Below are positions 1 through 9,059 of a DNA stretch of 64,000 bases, piece by piece. The DNA comes from an uncultured Gemmatimonadales bacterium. Its GTDB lineage: Bacteria; Gemmatimonadota; Gemmatimonadetes; Gemmatimonadales; GWC2-71-9. Below the pieces are notes generated by a model that saw only the letters and a program-made list of their open reading frames with translations, did not search any database and was not told the origin of the DNA. The DNA lies in contig CAVYZY010000002.1 in the NCBI GenBank assembly GCA_963773095.1, positions 267,649 to 331,648 on the forward strand, written 5' to 3'. The translations under genes and the position numbers were made by a program. The stretch's first letter is position 1, and every line of letters begins with the position of its first letter.

Positions 1-1
1 G

Positions 2-535
2 AACATCGTTCGCATGCTGGTGGACCACGGGATGAAAGTCGCCGTGGTGCCGGCCGAGACGACAGCCGATCAGGTCCGCGCGATGAAGCCGAAGGGAGTG
101 TTTCTCTCGAATGGTCCAGGCGATCCAGCCGCAGTGACTTACGCGTTCGGCACCATTCGGGAACTCGCCCAGGACGGCATCCCGACCTTCGGCATCTGCC
201 TGGGACACCAGCTGATCGCCCTCGCGTTCGGGGGCCAAACGGTCAAGCTGCCCTACGGTCACCGCGGGGGGAACCATCCGGTGCGCGATCTCGTGACCGG
301 GCATGTGCTTATCACCACCCAGAACCACGGGTTCGCCGTTTCGGGAGACGAAAACGGCATTTACGGGGCGCCAGAGCTCGAAGTGACGCACATAAATCTC
401 AATGATGGAACGGTGGAGGGACTGCGTCATCGCAAGCTCCCGGTCTTCGCCGTGCAGTACCATCCGGAGGCCGCTCCGGGTCCGCACGATGCCTACCCGC
501 ATTTCGATCAGTTCCGCCGCGCATTGCTCGGTTGA
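2..535 (+). CDS. carA: Carbamoyl-phosphate synthase small subunit (glutamine amidotransferase domain), 3' part only; gene continues upstream of the window
   Basis: Frame is open from base 2. Class-I amidotransferase motifs are present: nucleophile elbow GICLGHQ and the [12 protein letters not shown] catalytic segment near the C-terminus. Confidence 0.9.
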   Translation, partial: NIVRMLVDHGMKVAVVPAETTADQVRAMKPKGVFLSNGPGDPAAVTYAFGTIRELAQDGIPTFGICLGHQLIALAFGGQTVKLPYGHRGGNHPVRDLVTGHVLITTQNHGFAVSGDENGIYGAPELEVTHINLNDGTVEGLRHRKLPVFAVQYHPEAAPGPHDAYPHFDQFRRALLG

Positions 536-555
536 GCCCTCAGGCCCCCAACCCC

Positions 556-584
556 TTGACAGACAACACTTAAGCTCCTAGAAT
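556..584 (+). promoter_or_regulatory. Sigma-70-like promoter candidate upstream of the IHF/HU gene
   Basis: TTGACA (556-561), a 17-nt spacer, then TAGAAT (579-584). It lies in the 104-bp intergenic gap, about 55 nt upstream of the ATG at 640. Confidence 0.45.
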
Positions 585-639
585 CGGCCTCATTGGGGCT
601 GCTCAGCGGAGCCTTCACGTTGTCTTTCCCGGGGGATGC

Positions 640-981
640 ATGACCAAAGCCGATCTTGTCGAGCAGGTCACAGCATCGATTGCCCGCACATCGGGCCCGA
701 TGATCTCGAAGAAGGACTGTGCGCGCGTCGTCGATGCGTTTCTCGATGCCGTGAAGCACGCGCTCAAAGAGCAGCACAACATAGAGGTACGCGGTTTCGG
801 TACCTTCAAGATCCGCAAGCGGAAGACGCGGATGGCGCGCAACCCGCGCACGGGAGAGCCGGTGGAAGTTGCGGCGCGCCCAGTGCCGGTGTTCAAGCCC
901 AGCAAGGAGTTGCGGGCCCTGGTTGCGGAAGAGGGCGACTTCATTCCCTCTTCGGAGCACGATGACGGGGTCGAGGAATAG
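640..981 (+). CDS. IHF/HU-family DNA-binding protein with acidic C-terminal tail
   Basis: 113 aa. The core RGFGTFKIRKRKTRMARNPRTGEPVEVAARPVPVFKPSKELR is the classic HU/IHF beta-arm signature. About 18 extra acidic residues (EEGDFIPSSEHDDGVEE) follow the normal end. Confidence 0.85.
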   Translation: MTKADLVEQVTASIARTSGPMISKKDCARVVDAFLDAVKHALKEQHNIEVRGFGTFKIRKRKTRMARNPRTGEPVEVAARPVPVFKPSKELRALVAEEGDFIPSSEHDDGVEE

Positions 982-1015
982 GCCGCACAGTTCACGGTCG
1001 CATGCATCAAGTCGC

Positions 1016-1050
1016 GGGGCTGCACACCAGTGCGGCCCCGTTGCGTTTCC
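1016..1050 (+). terminator. Rho-independent terminator candidate after the IHF/HU gene
   Basis: GGGGCTGCAC (1016-1025), loop ACCA, then GTGCGGCCCC (1030-1039). This gives a 10-bp stem with one G-U pair, followed by the T-containing tract GTTGCGTTTCC. Confidence 0.45.
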
Positions 1051-1080
1051 AATGGGCCTAAGTCGAGCTAGCTTGGGGAT

Positions 1081-1338
1081 ATGGCCACGCCAGCAGTGCG
1101 CATCAGGGTGCTTCTCTTCGCGCGGTTTGCCGAACTTCTGGGCAGCAAGGAGCTCAACCTGGAGCTCGGTTCGCCAGCCACTGTCCGCACAGTTCTCGAC
1201 AGTCTTCGGGGGCTCGCTGGCGGCAGCCTCTTGCCGCCGAGTCCACTTGTAGCGCGCAACCAGGTCCACGCGCAACTCGACACGGCGCTTGAGGATGGAG
1301 ATGAGGTGGCGGTGCTGCCTCCCCTCGCCGGAGGATGA
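1081..1338 (+). CDS. moaD: Molybdopterin synthase sulfur-carrier subunit MoaD
   Basis: 85 aa with a ubiquitin-like MoaD/ThiS pattern, ending in the obligatory C-terminal Gly-Gly (PPLAGG). Its stop overlaps the moaE start (ATGA). Confidence 0.8.
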   Translation: MATPAVRIRVLLFARFAELLGSKELNLELGSPATVRTVLDSLRGLAGGSLLPPSPLVARNQVHAQLDTALEDGDEVAVLPPLAGG

Positions 1339-1769
1339 CGATGGGCTTCCTGGTCGAACAACCAATCGACGTGCGGCGGGTCGCCGCCCGGGTCGTGACA
1401 CCGGAGTTCGGGGGCGTCGTGACATTTGTCGGGGGGGTTCGGAATCATCATGCCGGTCGATCGGTGGTGCGGCTGGAGTACAGCGCTTACGGCCCGATGG
1501 CGGACGCGGAATTCGCCCGGATCATCGAGGAGGCGGAAGGGCGATGGCCAGCCCGCGTGGCGGTGGAGCACCGCATCGGCACCCTGGAAGTAGGTGACGT
1601 CGCCGTCGTGGTGGTAGCCGCCGCGCCGCACCGCGATGCGGCATTCGACGCCTGCCGATACGTGATCGAGGAACTCAAGCGCCGGGTGCCGATCTGGAAG
1701 CGGGAGCACTACACCGACGGCACTGCCGGGTGGGTCGATTCGACGGCGGCGACCGGTGTATCCTTCTAA
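1335..1769 (+). CDS. moaE: Molybdopterin synthase catalytic subunit MoaE
   Basis: 144 aa. MoaE-like segments GAVVTFVGGVRN, LEYSAY.PMA and PIWKREHY. Sits between moaD and moaA. Confidence 0.85.
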   Translation: MTMGFLVEQPIDVRRVAARVVTPEFGGVVTFVGGVRNHHAGRSVVRLEYSAYGPMADAEFARIIEEAEGRWPARVAVEHRIGTLEVGDVAVVVVAAAPHRDAAFDACRYVIEELKRRVPIWKREHYTDGTAGWVDSTAATGVSF

Positions 1770-1773
1770 TCGA

Positions 1774-2811
1774 ATGTCCCCCACCGTCACGCCCGTCCGC
1801 GATCACTTCGCGCGTCCCCTCGGCAGCTTGCGCCTCTCGGTCACCGACCGGTGCAACATGCGTTGCCGCTACTGCATGCCCGAGGCGGAGTACGCCTGGC
1901 TGCCGCGGGCATCGCTTCTCACGTTCGAGGAGCTGACCCGCATCGCACGGATCTTCACGTCGCTGGGCGTGCACAAGGTCCGCCTGACGGGTGGGGAGCC
2001 GCTGCTGCGGCACGGCCTGCCGCTGCTGGTGCGCGAGCTGTCCGCCATCGATGGCGTGGGCGAGATCGCGCTCACCACGAACGGGCTGCTGCTGCGGCGC
2101 TTCGCCAACGAGTTGAAGGATGCCGGGCTCGACCGGGTCACGGTCAGCGTCGACACGCTTCGCCCCGAGCGAGCCCTTGCGTTCTCGCGCACGGCGCAAC
2201 ACGCCGATACGCTCGATGGCGTGCGCGCGGCGCGCGAGGCGGGCTTCGACAGCGTCAAGCTCAACACGGTGGTGGTTCGCGGATTCAACGACGACGAGCT
2301 GGTGGACCTGCTCGAGTTCAGTCGCGAGCATGGGGTGGAAGCGCGTTTCATCGAGTACATGGACGTGGGTGGTGCCACGCAGTGGTCGATGGATGACGTC
2401 GTGCCGCGGGACCGCATGCTGGAGGTCATCGGCCGCCGGTACGGCCGTGTCGAGCCGCTGCACGACGGCAGCCCCGCACCGGCCGAGCGGTATCGCCTCG
2501 CGGACGGACTCACTTTCGGCATCATCGCCTCGACTACGGCGCCCTTCTGCCGCTCCTGTGACCGGAGCCGGCTGACGGCCGCCGGCACCTGGCTGCTGTG
2601 CCTCTATGCCGACGATGGCGTGGACCTGCGGGAACCGCTGCGCAGCAGTGCCACGGATGCGGAAATTGCCGGGCTCATCCGCGAGCGCTGGCAGCGGCGC
2701 ACCGACCGGGGCGCGGAGGTGCGGCTGTCCGCCCCGGACCGGGGCGTGCTGTACCAGGTCGAGGGACTCCGCGCCGATCCTCAGCGCGAGATGCACACCA
2801 GGGGCGGCTGA
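1774..2811 (+). CDS. moaA: GTP 3',8-cyclase MoaA (radical SAM)
   Basis: CNMRCRYC radical-SAM cluster motif, LTGGEPLL, and a C-terminal CxxCxxxxxxxxxxxxxC auxiliary-cluster region (FCRSCDRSRLTAAGTWLLC). ATG 1774 is preferred over GTG 1756, which lies inside moaE. Confidence 0.9.
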   Translation: MSPTVTPVRDHFARPLGSLRLSVTDRCNMRCRYCMPEAEYAWLPRASLLTFEELTRIARIFTSLGVHKVRLTGGEPLLRHGLPLLVRELSAIDGVGEIALTTNGLLLRRFANELKDAGLDRVTVSVDTLRPERALAFSRTAQHADTLDGVRAAREAGFDSVKLNTVVVRGFNDDELVDLLEFSREHGVEARFIEYMDVGGATQWSMDDVVPRDRMLEVIGRRYGRVEPLHDGSPAPAERYRLADGLTFGIIASTTAPFCRSCDRSRLTAAGTWLLCLYADDGVDLREPLRSSATDAEIAGLIRERWQRRTDRGAEVRLSAPDRGVLYQVEGLRADPQREMHTRGG

Positions 2812-2851
2812 GCCACTCCGCCAGCGTGGCCAAACCCTTCTCCCCGACATC

Positions 2852-3430
2852 ATGCCCCTGAACGTCGCCCTCATCGAACCGCGCATCCCGCCCAACACCG
2901 GGAACATCGCGCGCCTGTGCGCGGCCGCCGACACGCCGCTGCACCTCATCGGTCCGCTCGGGTTTTCGCTGGAGGAGAAGGAGGTGCGGCGCGCCGGGCT
3001 CGACTACTGGGACAAGACCGACCTCTGGGTGCACGAGAACTGGTTCGCCTTCCGTGACGCGATCAGCCGCGACCGCTGCCTGTACTTCTCCGCCAACGCG
3101 GTGCAGGACTACCGCCAGGCACCGTTCCGCGCGAACAGCGTGCTGATCTTCGGCAACGAGACCGACGGGCTGCCCGCGCGGATCCTGGAGAAGCATCCGG
3201 ACCAGTGCTATCGGATCCCGATGCCGGGCGACGTACGGAGCCTCAACCTGGCGAATGCGGTGAGCGTGGTGCTGTACGAGGGGCTGCGGAAGCTGGACAT
3301 CGCGCTGCCGGAAGGCGCCGAGGTCGCGTCGGACGGCGGGGATCCCTCGTCGTCGGCGCCTGCCGCCACACGGCCGGCCCGCGCTGGTCGCGGACGGGGC
3401 CGCGGCAAGCGGGTCACGAGGCCGAAATAG
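2852..3430 (+). CDS. trmL: tRNA (cytidine/uridine-2'-O)-methyltransferase TrmL (SpoU/TrmH class) with Arg/Gly-rich C-terminal tail
   Basis: Begins MPLNVALIEPRIPPNTGNIARLCAA and carries the SpoU motifs LIFGNETDGL and SLNLANAVSVVLYE. The ORF-track start 2606 is an upstream extension overlapping moaA; ATG 2852 matches the family N-terminus. Confidence 0.8.
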   Translation: MPLNVALIEPRIPPNTGNIARLCAAADTPLHLIGPLGFSLEEKEVRRAGLDYWDKTDLWVHENWFAFRDAISRDRCLYFSANAVQDYRQAPFRANSVLIFGNETDGLPARILEKHPDQCYRIPMPGDVRSLNLANAVSVVLYEGLRKLDIALPEGAEVASDGGDPSSSAPAATRPARAGRGRGRGKRVTRPK

Positions 3431-3433
3431 CTG

Positions 3434-4063
3434 CTAGGATCGCTGGCGCAGGAGGCGACTCAGCCGAAGGTGCTCCTCGCGCTCACGCTCGTCGAGTGCC
3501 CGACGGATGAGCGTGATGCGGTCGCCGAGATCCGGCCCGACGCGGCGCTCGAGGGTATTGACCTGACGGGAGGTGCGCGACACCGCCTCCCCGAGGCGCC
3601 GCAGCAGCGTCTCTCGATTGGCGGCATCGAGCAGCAGCTCGATCAGCTGTTCGAACTCGGTGGCAGCGGTGACCGGTGCCGTGCCGGTGCTTCCCGGCGG
3701 GGTGCCGCGGGCGGCGAGACTCCGTCGTATCGGTGGCCGCTGCAGCAGTTCGGCAATCGGTATTCCCCACACCTGCGCCGGGCGGATCTCGACCCGCAAC
3801 TCTCTCCAGGGCCATCCGATGACGCGCAGGCCGGCACTGCCTTCGCCCGCGAGCGCGGCGAGTAACGCCGGATAGGCGTGCGCCGCGCGGTCGGCGATGG
3901 ACACGCGCTGATCGGCCGCAGGCCGCGCAATCCGGAACAGCTCGGCAACCAGCGCCTCGCGCTTCCGGCGCAGCAGGCTCACCCCCTTAGTGACGCGTTC
4001 GAGGCGCCGCCGGCAGCGGAGGAGATTCTGGCGCGTCAGGGCGCCGCCGCGGCCCGTGCTCAC
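3434..4063 (-). CDS. atpD: A/V-type ATP synthase subunit D (central stalk)
   Basis: 209 aa. The N-terminal TRQNLLRCRRRLERVTKGVSLLRRKREALVAELF is typical of subunit D. Last gene of the operon; its start overlaps the atpB stop. Confidence 0.85.
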   Translation of the reverse strand: MSTGRGGALTRQNLLRCRRRLERVTKGVSLLRRKREALVAELFRIARPAADQRVSIADRAAHAYPALLAALAGEGSAGLRVIGWPWRELRVEIRPAQVWGIPIAELLQRPPIRRSLAARGTPPGSTGTAPVTAATEFEQLIELLLDAANRETLLRRLGEAVSRTSRQVNTLERRVGPDLGDRITLIRRALDEREREEHLRLSRLLRQRS

Positions 4064-5460
4064 GGTGTCGCCTCGGCGTCGCGCGATTCAGCGGCCTGTC
4101 GCGCGTTCCAGGTCGCGTCGCGGATACGGAGCAGGTCGTCCCGCGGCATCGACTCGATCAGTCTCCAGCCACACGCGATCGTCTCGTCGATGGTGCGACG
4201 GCTGCCCCCCTGATTCACGAACTCGCGCTCGAAGCGGTCGGCGAACGCAAGCGCGCGCCGGTCGGCCTCGCCCAGGCCGGACTCGCCCACGATCGCAGCC
4301 ATCAACCGTGCCTCCCGTCCCTGGGTGTAGCACGCGTAGAGCTGGTCGGCCCACTCGCGGTGCTCGCGGACGGTGCGGCCCTGGCCAATGCCGGCATTCA
4401 TCAGGCGCGAGAGCGACGGGAGCACGTCGATCGGCGGCGCCACTCCCTTCCGGTGCAACTCGCGGCTCAACACGATCTGACCCTCGGTGATGTACCCGGT
4501 GAGGTCGGGAATAGGGTGGGTGATGTCGTCGTCGGGCATGGTGAGGATCGGGATCTGGGTCACCGAGCCCGGTCGGCCCTGCAGCATGCCGGCGCGCTCC
4601 AGCAGCGTTGCGAGGTCGGTGTACATGTTGCCCGGGTACCCACGACGGCCCGGGATCTCCTCCCGGGCGGTGGCGATCTCCCGGAGCGTCTCGCAGTAGT
4701 TGGTGAGGTCGGCCATCACCACGAGCACGTGCAGCCCCGCGTCGAAGGCGAGGTACTCGGCTTCGGCGAGCGCCACTCGCGGTGCCAGGATGCGCTCGAT
4801 GCTCGGGTCGCGCGTCTCGTTCAGGAACAGGACGCTGCGCTCCATTGCGCCGCTGCGTTCGAGGCGATCGAGGAAGGTGCGCGTCTCGCGCGCGGTGATG
4901 CCAATGGCGCAGAAGATGGCGGCGAATGGCTCTCCGTGCGGGGCGCGCGCGCCCTCGACGATCTGGGCCGCGAGTTCCAGCGCGGGAAGCCCAGGGCCGG
5001 AGAAGACCGGGAGCTTCTGGCCGCGCACCAGCGTGTTCATGCCGTCGATGGCAGAGACACCGGTCTCGATGAAATCCTCCGGCTTGAGCCGCCGGGCGGG
5101 ATTCATTGGGGCGCCCCAGATGGGCCGGAGCGCCTCGCCTACCGGAGGTGGCAGACCGTCCCGCGGCGCACCGACGCCGTTGAACGCGCGGCCGAGGAGT
5201 TCGCGCCCGACGGTAACCTGTGCCACATCGCCAGTCAGCGTTATGTCGGAAGTGGCGGGTGCGAGACCGATGGTCTCCTCCAGCACCTGCACCACCGTCA
5301 CGGCTTCACCCGCATCGATGACCTGGCCACGGCGCGGCGCCTCACCCGGCGTTTGCACGGTTACCCACTCGCCCAACGCCACCCTGTGCGTGTTCCGGAG
5401 GAAGAGCAGGGGACCCGAGGCCGCGCTGGCACCATGAAAGGTGCGGGGCAGGCCGCTCAC
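4060..5460 (-). CDS. atpB: A/V-type ATP synthase subunit B (regulatory)
   Basis: 466 aa. Degenerate P-loop region LPVFSGPGLPALELAAQI, plus GRRGYPGNMYTDLATLLERAG and ILTMPDDDITHPIPDLTGYITEGQIVL. Confidence 0.92.
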   Translation of the reverse strand: MSGLPRTFHGASAASGPLLFLRNTHRVALGEWVTVQTPGEAPRRGQVIDAGEAVTVVQVLEETIGLAPATSDITLTGDVAQVTVGRELLGRAFNGVGAPRDGLPPPVGEALRPIWGAPMNPARRLKPEDFIETGVSAIDGMNTLVRGQKLPVFSGPGLPALELAAQIVEGARAPHGEPFAAIFCAIGITARETRTFLDRLERSGAMERSVLFLNETRDPSIERILAPRVALAEAEYLAFDAGLHVLVVMADLTNYCETLREIATAREEIPGRRGYPGNMYTDLATLLERAGMLQGRPGSVTQIPILTMPDDDITHPIPDLTGYITEGQIVLSRELHRKGVAPPIDVLPSLSRLMNAGIGQGRTVREHREWADQLYACYTQGREARLMAAIVGESGLGEADRRALAFADRFEREFVNQGGSRRTIDETIACGWRLIESMPRDDLLRIRDATWNARQAAESRDAEATP

Positions 5461-7202
5461 GACGCTGCCTCCGCGCCGAGACCCTCGATCAGCGTCCGCG
5501 CCTCGGCGGCGCGCGTGCCACGCTCGGCGGCCGGCGCGCCGCGCAGCGCGGCGAGGGCCCGGCGAATCGGTCCGAGATTGAGCCGCTCGAACGGCAGTCC
5601 GCGCTGGAGTGCGCCGAGCGCCCGCCGGTGCAGGGTGACCGCGAGGGCCACGAGCTCGTGGGTCTTCGCCAGCGGCGACGATGCATCGTTGGGATCGTAG
5701 GCGCTCTGGCCCAGGATCAGTTCGCGGAAGATGCGCGCGCTCTCGAGTACGAGCCGGTCGGCATCCTGCAACGCCTCGGGACCGACGAGTCCCGCGATGT
5801 CGCGCAGCTCCTGACCCCGCTGCAGCAGCTCGGCGACGGTGCGCCGGAGGTCAGGCCAGTCGGGCGACGTCGCCTGGACGAACCAGGGCGCCATCTGGTC
5901 GGCATACAGCGAGTAGCTCGTTTCCCAGTCGACCGCGGGGAACTGCCTCTGGTTGGCGAGCGAGGCATCGAGCGCCCAGAGGGCGCCGGCCACTCGGAGC
6001 GTCGCCTGGGTGACCGGTTCCGAGAGATCGCCACCGGGCGGCGAAATGGCGGCGATGACCGTCAGCGATCCTTCGCGCGGCGGCTCACCGAGTGGGGTGA
6101 CCCGGCCGGCGCGCTCATAGAACTGCCCCAGCCGGTTCGAGAGGTAGGTTGGGTAGCCCTCCTCACCCGGCATCTCCGCGAGGCGGGCCGCGATCTCGCG
6201 CAGTGCCTCCGCCCAGCGCGACAGGCTGTCGGCCAGGAGCGCGACCCGGTACCCCATGTCGCGATAGTACTCCGCGATCGTGATGCCCACGTACACCGAG
6301 GCCTCCCTCGCGGCGACCGGCATGTTGGACGTGTTCACCACCATCACAGTACGGTCCATGATGGAGCGGCCGGTGCGGGCGTCGGTCAGGCGGGGAAACT
6401 CGCGCAGCACCTCCGACATCTCATTGCCGCGTTCACCGCAGCCGATGTAGACCACGATGTCGGCCTCGGCGTACTTCGCGAGGGACTGCTCGATGATCGT
6501 CTTGCCGGTGCCGAAGCCGCCCGGCACCGCCACCGTGCCACCCTCAGCTGCCGGAAAAAGCAGGTCGAACACACGCTGCCCCGTTACCAGGGGCCTGTCA
6601 TCCGGCAGCCGGGCACCGACGGGGCGCGGGCGACGCACGGGCCAGTCGTGTGCCAAGCGTAGCGGTGTGCCGTCCTCGAGCCGCCCGATGCTGTCCACCA
6701 CGGTGAAGGCGCCGGCGTCGAGACGCGCGATGCGCCCCTTCACGCCCGGGGGCACGAGGATTCGGTGTTCCAGCGTCCCGCGCTCGAGCACGGTACCGAG
6801 CACGTCTCCTTCCCGTACCTCGTCCCCCGACTGACGCTTCGGCCGGAAATCCCAGTGCGCGACAGGATCGAGCGTCGGGGCGCGCGCCCCCGGCTGCACG
6901 AAGTCGCCTGTCAGTTCGGCCAGGCGCTCGAGCGGCCGGCCGACGCCGTCAAGGATGGAACCCAGCAGGCCGGGTCCGAGCGGGAGGGTGAGCGCCCGCC
7001 CGCTGCGTTCCACCGGTTCGCCTACCTCAAGGCCGGTGGTCTCCTCGTAGACCTGCAGCGTGGCGACGTCGTCGCGCACGCGGATCACCTCACCGAGCAG
7101 GCCGCGATGCCCGACGCGCACCACTTCGTAGAGCGATGCCTCACGCAGCGGTCGCGCCTCGGCGAGGGCGCCGGTGACGCGGGTGAGCACCGGCGCGGTC
7201 AT
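5457..7202 (-). CDS. atpA: A/V-type ATP synthase subunit A (catalytic)
   Basis: Walker A VPGGFGTGKT, GCGERGNEM, and PGEEGYPTYLSNRLGQFYERAG. Start taken at ATG 7202 (MTAPVLTRVTG...), which overlaps the atpF stop. The ORF-track start 7283 is an upstream extension. Confidence 0.93.
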   Translation of the reverse strand: MTAPVLTRVTGALAEARPLREASLYEVVRVGHRGLLGEVIRVRDDVATLQVYEETTGLEVGEPVERSGRALTLPLGPGLLGSILDGVGRPLERLAELTGDFVQPGARAPTLDPVAHWDFRPKRQSGDEVREGDVLGTVLERGTLEHRILVPPGVKGRIARLDAGAFTVVDSIGRLEDGTPLRLAHDWPVRRPRPVGARLPDDRPLVTGQRVFDLLFPAAEGGTVAVPGGFGTGKTIIEQSLAKYAEADIVVYIGCGERGNEMSEVLREFPRLTDARTGRSIMDRTVMVVNTSNMPVAAREASVYVGITIAEYYRDMGYRVALLADSLSRWAEALREIAARLAEMPGEEGYPTYLSNRLGQFYERAGRVTPLGEPPREGSLTVIAAISPPGGDLSEPVTQATLRVAGALWALDASLANQRQFPAVDWETSYSLYADQMAPWFVQATSPDWPDLRRTVAELLQRGQELRDIAGLVGPEALQDADRLVLESARIFRELILGQSAYDPNDASSPLAKTHELVALAVTLHRRALGALQRGLPFERLNLGPIRRALAALRGAPAAERGTRAAEARTLIEGLGAEAAS

Positions 7203-7528
7203 GCCAGCTTCACCCGATAGCCGATGGCCTGCCGGAGCAGGTCGGCGATGAATGCGTCGGGCCCCTCGACCGTGGGCTCCCACGACGGAACGGGGAAGGG
7301 CACGACCATCGGCAGCGGGCGCCGGGCAAGCTCGTGACGGACTTCTTCGGACAGCGCATCGAAGATGTCGGCCTCCACCAGGACGACACCGAGGTTCGGT
7401 TCATCGAGGAGCGCGGCCAGCTGTCGCGCGCCATCGGCGGGGCTCGCTGTTTCGAGCGACTGCAGCCCGGCGAGCCGGAACCCCGTTGCGACCGCGGGTC
7501 GCGCGAGTACGCGCACCGTGTAGCTCAT
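7199..7528 (-). CDS. atpF: A/V-type ATP synthase subunit F
   Basis: About 109 aa starting at MSYTVRVLARPAVATGFRLAGL. Small alpha/beta protein sitting between C and A, as in characterised A/V operons. Start overlaps the atpC stop. Confidence 0.75.
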   Translation of the reverse strand: MSYTVRVLARPAVATGFRLAGLQSLETASPADGARQLAALLDEPNLGVVLVEADIFDALSEEVRHELARRPLPMVVPFPVPSWEPTVEGPDAFIADLLRQAIGYRVKLA

Positions 7529-8541
7529 GCGACATCCTCGACAGCCGCGGCGCGGCCAGCCGGCGGGACGCCGAGTTCCGCGCCCCACAGATAGCCGCGA
7601 AGCGCCACGACCTGGGCCCGCAGCCCCAGCACATAGGCGAGCACGGGCGCGGCGCCCAGCGGGTCATGACGCGCCTCCAGCCTGAGGGTGCGCACCCTTG
7701 CGCGGAGCAGCGCGCCATCGAGACGTGCGATATCACCAGCATGCCGAAGCATCACGCCGCCCAGGCCCTGCGTGAGGTGAGCCGCCAGTTGCCGTGCCGC
7801 GGCCGCGAGCGACCCGGCCACCGCCGCCTCATGGAACGCCGTGCGCGACAGGTGACGCCCGCCGGGAAGGAAGAAGTCGCCAGCCGGGAGTTCGGTGTCC
7901 GAGGCCGCGAGCAGCAGCGCGGTCCGGGCATTGTCGAGGTCGATCGACTGTTCGACATAGTGGCGGAAGGCGCGCCCACCGTGGCTCGCTCCGGCAAGCG
8001 TCTGGCGCGCGAACCATCGATCCAGTTCGAGTTCGAGGCGCAGCAAATCCGGTTCGGTGGCTGCTGCAGCCGGCAGGAGGGCCGACCCCAAGGGGTGGTT
8101 CCAGGCCACCAGCAGCGCGGCAACGTCCGATGCCCGGGGTTGCCTGGCAAGCTCCTCCAGCGCACGCTCCGGCAGATAGGGGGTCGGTATCAGGCCCGCG
8201 AGACGCGCCTCCGCTGGCGCGCCTGCCGTCGCACCGCGAATCATCGCCCGGACCGACCGACGGTCCTCGTCATGGAATATCAGGTCTGCCGCGGGGCTCT
8301 TGTCGCCGAACCACCGCGCGAGGCGCCGCAGCTCGCTGGCTGCGGCCCGCCGGATGCCAAGTTCAATCGCGTGCGATATGAGGCCACCCTCCCGCGGAAT
8401 GGCGATGCCCGATGCTTCGAGCAGCACAACCATCGCGGGCAGGTCGGCGGCGGCGGCGAGGGCGGCCATGGCCTCCCGTGGGAGCAGGTGTGTGCCGAGG
8501 CCGCGGGCACGGGCGTTGGGGGCTTCCCATCGGGTCGGCAT
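7525..8541 (-). CDS. atpC: A/V-type ATP synthase subunit C (V0 d-like)
   Basis: 338-aa helical protein between E and F. Leu/Ala-rich repeats are typical of subunit C. The assignment is partly positional. Confidence 0.75.
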   Translation of the reverse strand: MPTRWEAPNARARGLGTHLLPREAMAALAAAADLPAMVVLLEASGIAIPREGGLISHAIELGIRRAAASELRRLARWFGDKSPAADLIFHDEDRRSVRAMIRGATAGAPAEARLAGLIPTPYLPERALEELARQPRASDVAALLVAWNHPLGSALLPAAAATEPDLLRLELELDRWFARQTLAGASHGGRAFRHYVEQSIDLDNARTALLLAASDTELPAGDFFLPGGRHLSRTAFHEAAVAGSLAAAARQLAAHLTQGLGGVMLRHAGDIARLDGALLRARVRTLRLEARHDPLGAAPVLAYVLGLRAQVVALRGYLWGAELGVPPAGRAAAVEDVA

Positions 8542-9053
8542 CAGCGCGACTCCACGCGCCGCACGATGTCCATGGCGAGCCCGGGCCAGAGGCGCACGAG
8601 CACGCCTTCCAGTGTGGCGTCGACCTCGACGCTGGCGTCCGCGGCGGCAAGGCGAGTACCGGTGGGTTGCGGGGTGGCCCGGGCGCTGGCTGCTGCCTCG
8701 CCCAGGTATGTGAGCGCGCGGGCGACGAGGGCGGCGACAGCCGCCTGGCCCCGGGTCGTGCCCGCGTGCTGCGCGAGGTTATGCCGCGCACGCTCATGCA
8801 CCCGCCCGAGCAGTTCATGGAGCGCCAGCAGCTTGGTCCGTTGGGCGTCCCGTTCCGCGGCAACGATGCTCCGCTCGCCGTCCGCGCGAAGCACCTGCGC
8901 GCGGACGGCGAGCGCCTGTTGCCGGCGGGCGGCCAACTCGGCCGTGTGAGCAGCCCTCAGGCGTTCCGCCTCGGCGTGCGCGTCCGTCAGGCGAGCGTCG
9001 GCCCGCCCGGTTGCTTCGCGCTCCAGCGTCTGCAGGAGGTCGGTGAGCGCCAC
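8541..9053 (-). CDS. atpE: A/V-type ATP synthase subunit E (peripheral stalk)
   Basis: 170 aa. The N-terminal Ala/Arg/Glu-rich region looks coiled-coil (LLQTLEREATGRADARLTDAHAEAERLRAAH) and a globular C-terminus follows. Positioned between K and C. Confidence 0.75.
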   Translation of the reverse strand: MALTDLLQTLEREATGRADARLTDAHAEAERLRAAHTAELAARRQQALAVRAQVLRADGERSIVAAERDAQRTKLLALHELLGRVHERARHNLAQHAGTTRGQAAVAALVARALTYLGEAAASARATPQPTGTRLAAADASVEVDATLEGVLVRLWPGLAMDIVRRVESR

Positions 9054-9059
9054 GTTGCC

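Noticed and set aside
982-1080. Possible Moco riboswitch upstream of moaD
   Set aside because: The gap is only ~100 nt and is largely occupied by the terminator hairpin of the upstream gene. I could not recognise the conserved Moco-motif helices, and it is too short for the known element.
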